From positions 2,728,001-2,792,000 of the forward strand of contig CM102286.1 of assembly GCA_046563655.1 (NCBI GenBank): a stretch of 64,000 bases of DNA. Direction: 5' to 3'. The position numbers and the translations under genes are program-made. Below, piece by piece: positions 25,879 to 36,955 of this stretch (within the stretch, counting starts at the first letter, position 1; each line of letters opens with the position of its first letter). Origin of the DNA: Yuukianura sp. NJ FZ-2021 (taxonomy: Eukaryota). The notes below the pieces were generated by a model. That model worked only from the letters and a program-made list of their open reading frames with translations. It did no database searches and had not been told where the DNA came from.

Positions 25879-26516
25879 CCTTAAGAAAGAAAGCACATAA
25901 TAAGTTTAACCTAAATACATCTAAAATGGAGTCCATATTACTGTATTTTAGTTTATAATTTTGCGAATCAGTCAATCAATCACCATCACGAACTAAATAA
26001 AAGATGGCTGATTACCCGTCACGATAGCTCCCACGGCCACAATATGATCCTCCAAGATTCCGGATTCGGATGACAAGACAGACAGACGACAGCGACAACA
26101 AGAAGATGAAGAACAAATAAAAAATGAACGATCAAATAAGAAATTGGTATTTCCGTGAAGACAGGCAAAGCAACAGGCAATTGGGATTGAGAGGGAAAGA
26201 AAACTGAACCGACAAAGGCTTGGTTCAACTAAAAGTTACTCGGCAGAAAACCAAACTCAATCATAGCTGCGCATCTTTAAATTTATCAAACTTTTTGTTT
26301 GAAATTTTTTTTATAAAGAAACAGTTTTTAAAGTTTCATTTTTTTGAAATTTATGTTTGAAAACATTTAAATGCATTTTTAATTGTACTAATCGGATTCT
26401 AAAAATAACTTTTTATTTTAATGCCGTTCAATCCACTGCTTCAATTCCAAATGGACGCCCGAATTTAAACTGTCACATAAATTTGTAATTTTGATAAAAA
26501 TTGTTTGTCAGTTTTT

Positions 26517-27239
26517 CTAATTAAACTCCTTAATTAAGAGCAGTAAAGATGATAAAAACATCAGTATGGTCATTGAATGTAAACCACATGCAGAAGAACC
26601 ATCATCGTCTTCGATATTAGTACCGTTTCGAATTTCAACTCGGTCCAACATGGCGTAGCCTTTCTTAATCCCAGAATGAATTTGAATATCCACCATCTGA
26701 AATTGAAATATCGCCATTTTAGAAATTTTCAAATTAATACACTTTGCATAAAATGTTAATTGGGGAACCTTTAAATTTTCAGGAAACGTAGACAGGTCAT
26801 AAGTAATGTTGCCCTGAAACAAATTGGATGCTCCGGAAGTAATTTCGTCAACTAAGGTATAATCCGTAACGGTAGCATTCTCTTTCAGTATAATCCGAAT
26901 CATAGCGTCTTCACTAACGATACCTCGGACAAGCATATGAAGCGGCTTATAATCTTCTACGTAAAACGGAAGTCTACAAAATGTAAGTTTGCATGAACTC
27001 CAAAGTCCGGTTTGTCCGGTAAAGTTAACCGGCGTCTCTGGTCCACCGCCACATCCTAATCCATAGTACAGCGCATGCACAGAATCCGCGTAAGTACAGG
27101 TTTCAGATGCCGCCACTTCCATCCAACCTTCTTCGTGGAAGTCTTCGTCGTTGTCCAGTGTAACGTTACCGGACTGGGAACGTCCGAACCGAACCGAAGA
27201 ACAAATTATGAAAACGAACAGAACAAATTTCATTCCCAT
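26517..27239 (-). CDS. Secreted or GPI-anchored protein, possible MAM-like beta-sandwich; about 216 aa with a probable in-frame 72-nt intron (26768-26697)
   Basis: Signal peptide MKFVLFVFIICSS, several N-glycosylation sequons, GYAMLDRVEI resembling the last MAM strand, and a C-terminal small-residue plus hydrophobic tail. An AT-rich gttccc...ttcag segment lies inside the ORF. Confidence 0.65.
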   Translation of the reverse strand: MGMKFVLFVFIICSSVRFGRSQSGNVTLDNDEDFHEEGWMEVAASETCTYADSVHALYYGLGCGGGPETPVNFTGQTGLWSSCKLTFCRLPFYVEDYKPLHMLVRGIVSEDAMIRIILKENATVTDYTLVDEITSGASNLFQGNITYDLSTFPENLKVPQLTFYAKCINLKISKMAIFQFQMVDIQIHSGIKKGYAMLDRVEIRNGTNIEDDDGSSACGLHSMTILMFLSSLLLLIKEFN

Positions 27240-28569
27240 GATTTTCAACTACTGTACTAAATTTTGAACTTTTGGTCAAACTGCGTTTAAAGCCTATGAC
27301 TATTCTAACGTGCCAACAGTAGTCACGACTAATTGAAAACCTTCATTTTTATTTCATTATTTAGTTTCAGATTTTAATCAAAAGGTTCAACTTTTTTGTA
27401 AGAAGATTAGATTAAATTTAGCCATTTGGAATTGTGTCAGAGTAAAGTACAAAGTATTTGAAACCTTTTTATCAAACACTTATATTTTGCGAAACTTTCA
27501 GCTCTATCCAGTTTTAAGGTTTCTACTCAAATGTTAATACAAGCAATTATTATTGAATGATATTTAAATTTTACTTAAAATATTAATGCAAACTAAGATA
27601 AATAGATGCAAACAACTTTCATTTTTAAATTGAAGTTGTTTGTAAATGTGGAAGTTATTGTTTACGCTAATTTCTTACTATCTAGTGCCTAGACTTGGCA
27701 CTTCCGGCAAAATTTTTAACGTAGAGTTTTTAACGTTGCGTGTGTTGGAATAACAATACTGTAAGCACAGTGTTTTAATTTCTAGTAAAGAGAAAGGCAA
27801 AAAAAAATTGGCGAATCGGCGTCACTTTCACTTCGGTGGAATTTGTACTATGGAAGTTAATCATGCAAAATCTTGAGTAAAACAAAACGTTCCAGATTTT
27901 TTTTTAAATTGAAAATTGTATGTAAACACCGTTTTTTGCATTTAATCGTAAAAAATCAAGCATAGAATTACAGAAAAATGCGTGACACAGTCTATCAACA
28001 GATATATTGTTGCAAAGTTTGTTTTTCTTTTTTTCTTAGCGGACTTGTCCTTATATGTCAAGAAAATGTGGGCATGTACAAGTACAATCCAGCTTTAAGA
28101 ATGAAAAGATCGGGCATCGCTACTATAGTGTGGTTCCCTTTCAATAAAGATCTGACCCATTTCTGGTTTGTTGAGACTTCAAGTTACGTATAGCAATCAT
28201 CCAGCAGGCATTTATATTCGCTCGGAAGACAAAAAAGTTGTGTTTGAAAAGCAGGTTTTACTATGGGGGATTACTAAAGTTTAGGGTAAGACATGAAGAC
28301 ATGAAAACATTATGACAAGTCGAAGATTATACAAGGTTAAAGTTTATTTAAAGATAAACAAGTCATACAGTTTAACTCTTCGCTTGATCTGAAGTTTGAT
28401 GCAGTGTCAACGTGTAGGCATTTAGTAGTACAATGTGCAATACGATACAAGACTACATTAATTCCAAAAGACTATAGAAGACTATAAAATTTTCGGAGTC
28501 AAGCTGTAGACGCTAATGCGTTTTCATTTAGAATTCAGTTCAAAGCTACAAGAAACTTAACTGACGACG

Positions 28570-30504
28570 ATGTCGTCCAACTCAGCAACCTCTTCTGAAG
28601 ACGACCAAAAAGTAAGAATTTAAAAAAAAAGTTACAATTCTAGCGTATTTTTGTAGGACTCATTTTGATTTCATTTTCCAAAACTTTTTGTTTTGTATTC
28701 AGAGCGACTTTCTTTCAAACGCGGAATTTGCCGGAAGGTTACCGCTTGTAACCAAACTACGAATAAGAAATTTCATGTGCTTCAGGTCCCTTGACCTGAA
28801 GTCATTGAATCAGACTTCAATTCCTTACGAAGGGGGAGGAGGTGACGGCAAAACAGCTTTTGTCATTTCTATGTTACTAGGACTCGGCTACGACTGCTTG
28901 CTGGAGAATGAAGACACAAAGACGCTTTGTGGGTTTCAAATTGCAAGTAAGGACGTTTTCTTAATCAGAATACAATTTTGTTCAAAAAATTGGAAAAACT
29001 AAATTTGAAAATACATTGTTTTTAACTTTAGATGTTGTACGCCATGGAGAAGCAACTTCTGTCTTAGAAACAACAATTTCCCTACAATGTTCCGAACATT
29101 TGATGTCAATGTTCGGGCCTTACATGACAATTCAGCGTATAATTTTTAAAGGGCAACCCCTTAACAAAAGTCCAATTCAATTGGCAGCTTCGGATTCGGA
29201 GGGAAATTGCTTCGAACCGAAGAAACGAGTTACGGAAACCGAACTTCGGATGACCTTGGACATCCTGGGAATCTCTCCAAAGTGGTTTCGTCTGATGCTT
29301 TTAGACGAAACGAACTTAACTCACCTTATTCACCATCCGTCCGAATGGTTAGTTAAAGTTTAGATAAAGTTTGACCTTTGACATGAAATTTCAATACATT
29401 ACTGAAAACTTAACTGAATTTTACTTACAGGTATGAACTGTATGAACAGAGTTTTCTGTTCACAAAAAGAAAACTTCTCAAAGACTTTCTAGCTTTTGAA
29501 AGTCACATTGAGAAAATGGAAGGCGACCTGCACTGGAGATTGATAGTAAGAAATTATTTGACTTGAAAAAAAATTATTTTTTTAAGAAAATTTTTAAAAT
29601 ATAGCCGTTTTTTATTTTAGGTTGACAATCAGTTGAATACTCAACTGGAACAACCATTCCTGGTGGATTCTCCAATAACCATAAGAGATCGTGAAAACGA
29701 TATACGGGCAATTACCAAAATTAGAAATTCCATGAGAGCCATCGGAACAGAAATTGACGTATGTTTTTCATATTGAAATAATTTAACAATGATTTTAATT
29801 CAAAATTTTCACGAATTTTGAAACTTAAAAAGTGTGGTATTGAAAAGTGTTAATTTCAGTTTTTTTACAGTCATGTCGCAGTGTTCACGAAATTTGCCGG
29901 AATGAATTGGAGGAGCTCCATATTACCTTCCAGTACAGGATCTCCAAAATCTTCAGAAAATTTCTGAACAGTCAGCAATTAAATGCAAGTGCTCTTCAGA
30001 AATTAAAAAAATGCAAAGATATGTTAAATCATCGCTTTTCATTTTCGAATCTTCCAGGGCGACGTAGTAATAGATCTCAACCAGAAGAAAATGGCCATTT
30101 GGATCTCGAATTCGAGTAAGGAGAGTTCACCAAGGACAATGTAAGTTTTCTGAATTTACAAAAATTTGCTGACAGTGACCTTTGAATTCAACTTTTTACT
30201 TGCTTGTTTGGAATTCAACAGAGACGAAACGCAATTGATGTGGGATAAATTGCCAATTTCAAGAAAGAAATTGGCAATGACTGGTCTCTATCTGGCTCTG
30301 TGGGAAGTCAACGAGAGTTGTCCCATCTTCATAGTTGATTCGTCCAGTCAAAGTGCAACGGAATTTAAACTTCCACCGCCAGTATTCAAAATCTTTCGGG
30401 AATTAATGGAAGAAAAAAAGGCGAATACGAGAACAAAACATCAGCAGTTCTTTTATACTACAAATGCCTCCTCAGAAGTTCCACTTATTGAGCTCAGCGA
30501 TTAA
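28570..30504 (+). CDS. Head-only SMC6-like protein, 444 aa, 8 exons (28570-28611, 28703-28946, 29032-29347, 29431-29545, 29621-29758, 29871-29984, 30058-30140, 30222-30504)
   Basis: The spliced frame is open for 1335 nt. N-head: LRIRNFMCF, Walker A GGGGDGKT, LLGLG, VVRHGE, FGPYMTIQRII. C-head: GDVVIDLNQKKMAI, LYLALWEVNESCPIFIVD, QQFFYTT. These match SMC5/6 head motifs, SMC6 best. Confidence 0.8.
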
Positions 30505-30847
30505 CTAATCTTGTCAATACCAATTAGACTTTCATTAAGTTAAGACAAATACAATTACAAATTTGATATTTTTGTACGCGGTAGACCAACGTTTACGCTA
30601 AACTATGCTACTTAATTAAGTACAAAGTTTTATGAATTGTTGTGATCAGATGCAATAAATTAGTCCGTAGATGCACACAAAATAACGTATATTTGACAGG
30701 CCATGCTGACAATACTTTCAGAGACATAGATTCAGTTTCAGTTTTACTTTTTATAGTCTATAAATTATATGTTATTGTAATAATTTGGTAAATTTTATTG
30801 AATTGATGGAAGAAAAAAGTCACGTGAATTGGTTGTTACAACGTAAA

Positions 30848-31304
30848 CTACCCGGAAACGTAGTAGCACCTCCGTCGACGTCGGTAACTATTACAAACAG
30901 TTCCATATCGAATTGGTTTGTATCTTCTGTGACGATATGGAGAGCGGGAATGGTGGCGATTTCGAATTCGTCTATGTTGGCGTCTACTGTCATATCGAAC
31001 ATGGCGTCCCAAGCTTCTCGTAATTCGTTGGAGTACTAGATTACTCTGGAGTACTTTAGAAACAAAATTATATAATCTTACATTTAAAAAAGAAGTTGGC
31101 GCAATTTTTAGAAAGTTAAAATTTTAGAAGTTTACCATTTTCCTTTTCATGCTGGAGGTTTATACCATGGTCGATATCTTTTTGAGGATCAAACTTGTCA
31201 TTTTCGTACTTTTGCGTCGGAAGCCAATTCACTGGAGTAGAAAATGCTGTACAAAATATTGATCCTAGCACGACAGAGAATACTATAAGACCATGTCTCT
31301 CCAT
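30848..31304 (-). CDS. Secreted prepro-peptide with Arg-rich mature region, 124 aa, 2 exons (31304-31136, 31053-30848); candidate antimicrobial peptide
   Basis: Signal peptide, acidic pro-region, G|gtaaac...aag|TA phase-1 splice, furin site RITR, then SLGRHVRYDSRRQHRRIRNRHHSRSPYRHRRYKPIRYGTVCNSYRRRRRCYYVSG*. Confidence 0.75.
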
Positions 31305-31363
31305 TACGAAAAGCGAATTCCAAAGTCTGTAACCTTCGCGCGAATTTTTGTGCTCAACACTCC

Positions 31364-31370
31364 TTTTATA
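31364..31370 (-). promoter_or_regulatory. TATA box of the Arg-rich peptide gene
   Basis: TATAAAA on the minus strand, about 60 nt upstream of the ATG at 31304. Confidence 0.55.
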
Positions 31371-32073
31371 ACGCCACAACAATTGAAAAGTGAATAAACT
31401 CTGAAAGAGTTTTAATACGAAGCTTTTTTTCCAAATCATCTCGACAATCGCAATTTTAAAAGGAAAACAACATAAGGAAAACCTGTTTTTAAGAATTTCA
31501 GTTTCAATGGAATCCTACGCTTGTGCCAAAATTCATAATGTACAAAAGGATCTGTAATTTGTAGATCTATGGGGTTGGTGACCTCTGACTTGTCACTTCC
31601 GAAATAATAACGTACTCAAAATTTCAACAGCGAGAGTTTTTCCGGCAAAGTTTTACTTTCTATAGCATAACATTATTTGAGTGGATGTTGACAGGCATGT
31701 TGCAGGTTACTTCCCTAACCTAAGACTTTCGTACTTAAAAATCCATAAATTGGGATCCGAAAACCGGTTTATGTTCAAAAGTGTGACCATAATTTGTTAT
31801 TGTGGTTTAAGGGGATGATGGATCTTGTTCATTTTCATCTCGGTGGTTCACAGGTTCCTAGTATGTGGGCGGCATAACACGAAAATTTCATACTAAAACT
31901 TTTGTTTTTAATCTTAAAGTCCAATGATCTCTGACTTCTTTGAAATATGAATACTAAGAATGTGCTCAAAAACTAGAAGTTAAAAAATAGGAAATGTCAA
32001 AAAGCAGAGTTAAATGAACTGAAAACTTAAAAATCGTAGTACAGCGCATGAAAAGGTTTATTTGCTTTGTGGA

Positions 32074-32331
32074 TCACTTTCCAACGCAATCGCCATGTTC
32101 GTTACAGTATACTTCTGAAGCACACTCGCAAGCGAATTCCTTCCCTTCATCATCGTTCGGACTGCAGCCATTTTCCGTTTGACCTTCAGTTTCGCACAGA
32201 ATGGCACAGTCTTGACAGTCGTAAATTAGCGTCGTCTGTAAAGATCCACTCACTCTCGGTACAAAGACATTCACTGACGCCAGTACAAGTAGAATGACAA
32301 GTACGAATGCTTTTGAGGACTTCTGCGACAT
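32074..32331 (-). CDS. Small secreted acidic 8-Cys peptide with CS-alpha-beta-like spacing, 85 aa
   Basis: Signal peptide, then DCQDCAILCETEGQTENGCSPNDDEGKEFACECASEVYCNEHGDCVGK (CxxxC ... GC ... CxC). Apparent 5'-UTR intron (donor near 32445, acceptor near 32343) and TATAAAA near 32565. Confidence 0.72.
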   Translation of the reverse strand: MSQKSSKAFVLVILLVLASVNVFVPRVSGSLQTTLIYDCQDCAILCETEGQTENGCSPNDDEGKEFACECASEVYCNEHGDCVGK

Positions 32332-33476
32332 AGTATCTGGCTCTGAAATTTCGTTTTCAGAAAATAATAGATAATGTATTTAGAAATATTATGTACTTTT
32401 TTTTGTAATTTTGAAAATGTAAAAGTGATCAAGTAAAAATCTTACCGTCAGATTCAAGCGTGATATGTGTATTGTGAACAGGAAAAAAATTAAATCTTTT
32501 AAACAGAAATCCGACAGCGAGTTGTGTTTCCACTTAATTAAAAACTGCAATTAAAACCCTGTTTTATACTTTAGGCTACCACTAATTTGCCTTAATTGAG
32601 TGACCTAGTTTAAAGTAAACTCATTTCAAAATATAAACTGGACCTATGCAAACAGAACTAAATATTTTGATGTGTATGCATAACATTTTTGAGTATCGAA
32701 TGAAAATTAATGAGCTATAAGAACTGAATTTATAAATTATTTTTGGAATTAATCGGAATACGATTTAAAAGCATCTAAGAAATTTTTCGAGCTCATTTAA
32801 TTAAGGGTTTGGCGGAAATACAATTTTTGAAGAAAAAAAATTTGAAAATTGCTACAACACTTGACAATAAAGTTTTCCGAAGCTATGTATGCTTTGTTTT
32901 CTACCGACTTTGGTTACATCTTTAGGTAATTCGTACAAATAAGAGACTTGATCCTTCAGCGAAAGCAAAGCTTAGTTCTCTTCCGCTTTCCCTTCGAAAA
33001 GGCCCCACACTTAAGTATTTTGCATAAAACTAACGTGCAGTCTAACAATTTTCATTGCCAACAGTATTGAGCAACGTGACGTCTAGAACTAACAGCGTCG
33101 TAATTTGATCCACTTAAAATTTCGCGATACTGACTCAATTTCACAGCATGTAGGATAAAAACGTGCTTTCTCTCATGTAACCTCCCACACGTTAGAGTTG
33201 TATCATTTCAAATTTAATTAAAAACTAGCAACAGTTTAATTAAGATCAACATGGTTTCGAATTTATTCTGTTTTTTTAAACATATTTTTAAACATATTTA
33301 AACTTTCAGATTCACAGAACTGACATTATGCTTGTCATTCTTTATTTGACTCACTCAGAGAACAGATTAAGTGCAGAATTTTAATTGTTGCGACGTACCA
33401 AAAACTCTTACCTAACAAATTAACATTTAATTTTAACAATTAATTAGTTAAATATAACTACTCTAACTTAAATTAT

Positions 33477-35497
33477 CTAAGAACATTCAATCGGGCTTCT
33501 TTTCTGTGGTGAATTGAAAGTTGAAATACGTGGGCAAGGGAATGAGGATCCGTCAAAGCTACTTTCACTGCTGCTGTCTGAATGCTGTTTCTGGGGACTC
33601 ATGCTCATGCGCCCAAACCGTCTCAGGATTCTGGACATTGAGAACCTTCTCTTCGGTGGTTTACTAACAGCATTCACAATAAAACTGAAACTTTGTTGTA
33701 CTTCGGGTGAATTTTCAGCGACTGACAGTTCGTAAAATTGAATTCCAAATTTCGAGGCCAAGGAGACGCCATCTTCTCGCTCAACGGCTCGCACATGAAC
33801 CAAATCACATTTGTTGGCAACGAGAGTCACTGGAGGCAGTACTGAATAGTGGGCAGAGAGCATCGAAAGTGCTTGAGTGGCAAATTCAAATGAACTTTTG
33901 TCTGTAATGGAGTAGGTGAGAATGATCCCATCACAAGGTACTTCAGACAGAGGAACTCTGGGGGTTGAAATATCAACTATTTCCAGTTCCAAATTAGGAT
34001 TTCCAGGCAGAATCTGATGGTAGACCATGTCTAAAATTTAAACAAAAACAAAATTGTTGATACTTTTTCATCATAAACACAATTAATTTTTAAGACTTGT
34101 TTTTCTGCTGACAGTTCATGAGTTATCACCAGGTTTGTTTCCAAAAACTTTTCTGTTTTTGAGAAAGTTGCAAACTTGTTGACTCATTTCAGTTTTCCAA
34201 AATTTTCCGCAAAAACTAAAACTAGCAGACCACCGGAAAGCATAAAAGTCAGAACTTTTTGATGGATTTGTTCTTCCGATTTGTTTTTGTTACGGTTCGG
34301 TTGAATTTGAATTTTAAGGAGAAAGGTTGTAGGTCACGGGATGTTTTCGTTAGAAAACCTTGTCTAGTGTAGTGTGTTTTTGAAAAAGTTGTTTAAGTTT
34401 TAAAACCTTGGAATTTTTGAAGTTGAGGGACCTTGTACTAAACAAGTATCCAACAAAGAATCCATTCTGCACTTGCTTTGGCATTACGAAAAGAGTTTGA
34501 AGGGGGAGTGACAGAATAGGCGTTTCATGTTGAGGTTTTTCAAGACATTTCAAATCCCACTGGAATTTAGATCAAAAAAATATTGCTTTGCACACTTTGG
34601 TTTGGAAATGATCCAGGAATTTTTGTGAAACGGTGAAGGTTTTCACATGGCGCCGTCCAAGTATGTATGTTACTTTACATATGTTCGAAATGCTACAAAA
34701 TAAATTCAACAGTTGAAAAAAAGAAAATTTCATTCATCCGATTTACAAAATCACGACAACTTTTCAGCCTTCGCAAAAAGTCAAGAATTTTGGAAAACTT
34801 TTTGAATATTGAGAAGCATATGCGGCGCCAGACACAAAAAATTGGGACATCTAAACAAATCTTTCCTCAACTTTTGAAGTTATCATCGTAGTATCAAGAC
34901 GAATGAAAAAAAAACAATTTTTTTCAAGTTTTAAACAATTTTGACGCAATTTTCTCTTAAATGTTGGTAAAATGGGACCACACTGGAGCCTTATGTAAAA
35001 TTCATGAATCTATCATTTGGAAAAAAGAAATTTGGAACCTTTCGGTATAATAAAAGCAAATCTTTAGCTTTTGAACTTTTTTTGACATACTTTTTGAATT
35101 TAGTTTCTTATTGTGTAGTTCTTGCGCGTGTTTAAATCTATTTTGATGTTCAACAAGTTTGCAATAGTAAGACAATTTTTAGAAAACTGCCAAACTTGTG
35201 TATCTTGGTTGAATATAAAATTTTTTCACCTGAATTCGAGTTGTACTCGCCAATGAAGCGTTTTGTGAGGTACCGGACTGTCAAAGCTAAAAATTCAAAA
35301 ATTAAGAATTACAATTTTATACAACTACTTATATACAACTACTTCAGGAAGTGTCAATAAAATTAAAAAAAAAGAGCTCAGCTCAAAATGCATTCAGAGA
35401 AAGTTATTTTGAAAAACAAATTTTTACCTGTTTTTCCAACCTGCTTGCCACCAATCACAGATATCCGAATTTTTGCTTTTTCGTCGGAACCCTTCAT
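33477..35497 (-). CDS. RERG/RASL11/RASL12-like small GTPase, 226 aa, 3 exons (35497-35428, 35286-35230, 34030-33477)
   Basis: MKGSDEKAKIRISVIGGKQVGKT|ALTVRYLTKRFIGEYNSNS|DMVY...ILTYSITDKSSF...VANKCDL...FYELSVAE. ALTVRxLTKRFIGEY is characteristic of this subfamily. No CAAX box. Confidence 0.88.
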
Positions 35498-36779
35498 TTC
35501 CAATGTGTAACTTTGGTTTCTCCAAAAAGTCGAAAATTGTTTCCTTTTTTCAAATGCGCCTTGAAGTTAGCTTGAATTGTCTTGTAGTTTATTTTCAGCG
35601 AATGTTCACAACTTAAGTTGTTATATGATGCACAGCCTGAGAGCAACTGTTCTAGAGGCACAAGCCGACAGCGGGTTAATATCCGAAATTATGAGAAAGG
35701 AATCCGGATTGAAGAGGACCGCGGCGGCGGGGCACCAGCAAGCTGCTCGTGGCGTCACTTCTTTTTGGCAGGCGTTTCTGCTGAAAATGAAAAACAAGTT
35801 GGACATGACGAAACGACAGGGCACAGGGTTCATTAAATGTGTATTCAGACCTACACGCTTTGCGGTACATTTTCCAGCCCACAACCGTTTAATTCTCTAG
35901 AAGCAGTTTTCAATGGCATACTTTTTGTTTCTAACAAAGGATGAACTCAATTCAACTACTTTCTCCACTTTCTTCAAGGAGCCACGCGGAAAGTGATACA
36001 CGCTTTTCCTTTTTCGAAAAAAAAATAGAAAAGCGTGCAAAACTTTTGACCTGAAAGCGCTTAATAAATGAACCTGACTAATATTCAATTTTCATAAAAA
36101 AAAATCAAACTTTTCAATATGGCATCACTTTGTTGGATGTTCTAAATTTTAAATTTTCAAAAACTTTGTTAAAAGTCCACCTTATCCTTGAAATTGTTTT
36201 CTAAATGTGCCAGGTCAGTGCACTTGTGAAAAAATGTAGCAATTGGGTTCGAGGTCACCGGTAATGGTTAGCATGCATCGAGCAGCCGAGTGCTAAATAC
36301 TTCACAAACACGGTTTCAGCTTTACAAAACCCGGGAGAAGTTAACGTGTCAAAAACGGATATAATTGGATCAACACATTATCGATTCTCACAAAGATACA
36401 TCTGCTGGCAATTTCTGATTAGATACGCAGCAAATGTGTTTTTCCGCTGTGGCCCTACTCCAGTTTGCCAGTAATTAATTTTTCCTGCTCTACTCTTCAT
36501 TTTTACATGTCAGTTGGACAGTTCTGGACGTCAACAATTTAATTGAGAGATACATAAAACTACATGTACTTTAGGTGAGGACGAAAGGACGCAGAAATTA
36601 TTTCAAGTGAGAATCTGCCAAGTAGGTGACTTGTAATGTACAAATAAGAGTTTTACGATTTCGATGATTTTTATATTGAAAAGTTTTTCTGAATTCAAAT
36701 AACTTCCTGCATTTTGAATTTTGTTGATTTGGTTTTTGAAATGTACCTAGAAAATTGTAAGTGATGCAAGGAAAATTCA

Positions 36780-36856
36780 AGAAACGGAAAGGAAATTGTG
36801 GTGTTCAATTAAAAAAAAAAGGAAAAGCAGAACTGTGTGGCTTTGATTTCCTATCC
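36780..36856 (-). repeat. Orphan third copy of the type-A upstream element
   Basis: AAACGGAAAGGAAATTGTGGTGTTCAA...TGTGGCTTTGATTTCCT aligns with 37835-37907 and 40590-40660. Confidence 0.55.
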
Positions 36857-36955
36857 AAAAAAAATTACGTCATTCCAGTTTCTCTGACATACATGTTTTT
36901 ATTTGAATAACTTTCTGAACTTTTGAACAATGATAAAATCATATTACCAAAATTT

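Noticed and set aside
30820..31002. Acidic ORF MFDMTVDANIDEF... in the ORF track
   Set aside because: Out of phase with the only good donor of the upstream signal-peptide exon; the Arg-rich frame fits the splice phase and has a furin site.
35577..35900. Overlapping short ORFs upstream of the GTPase
   Set aside because: No recognisable motifs; more likely promoter or 5'-UTR sequence.
36190..36470. Possible decayed Cys-rich gene remnant (GQCTCEK)
   Set aside because: Wrong strand relative to the array and too short to be significant.
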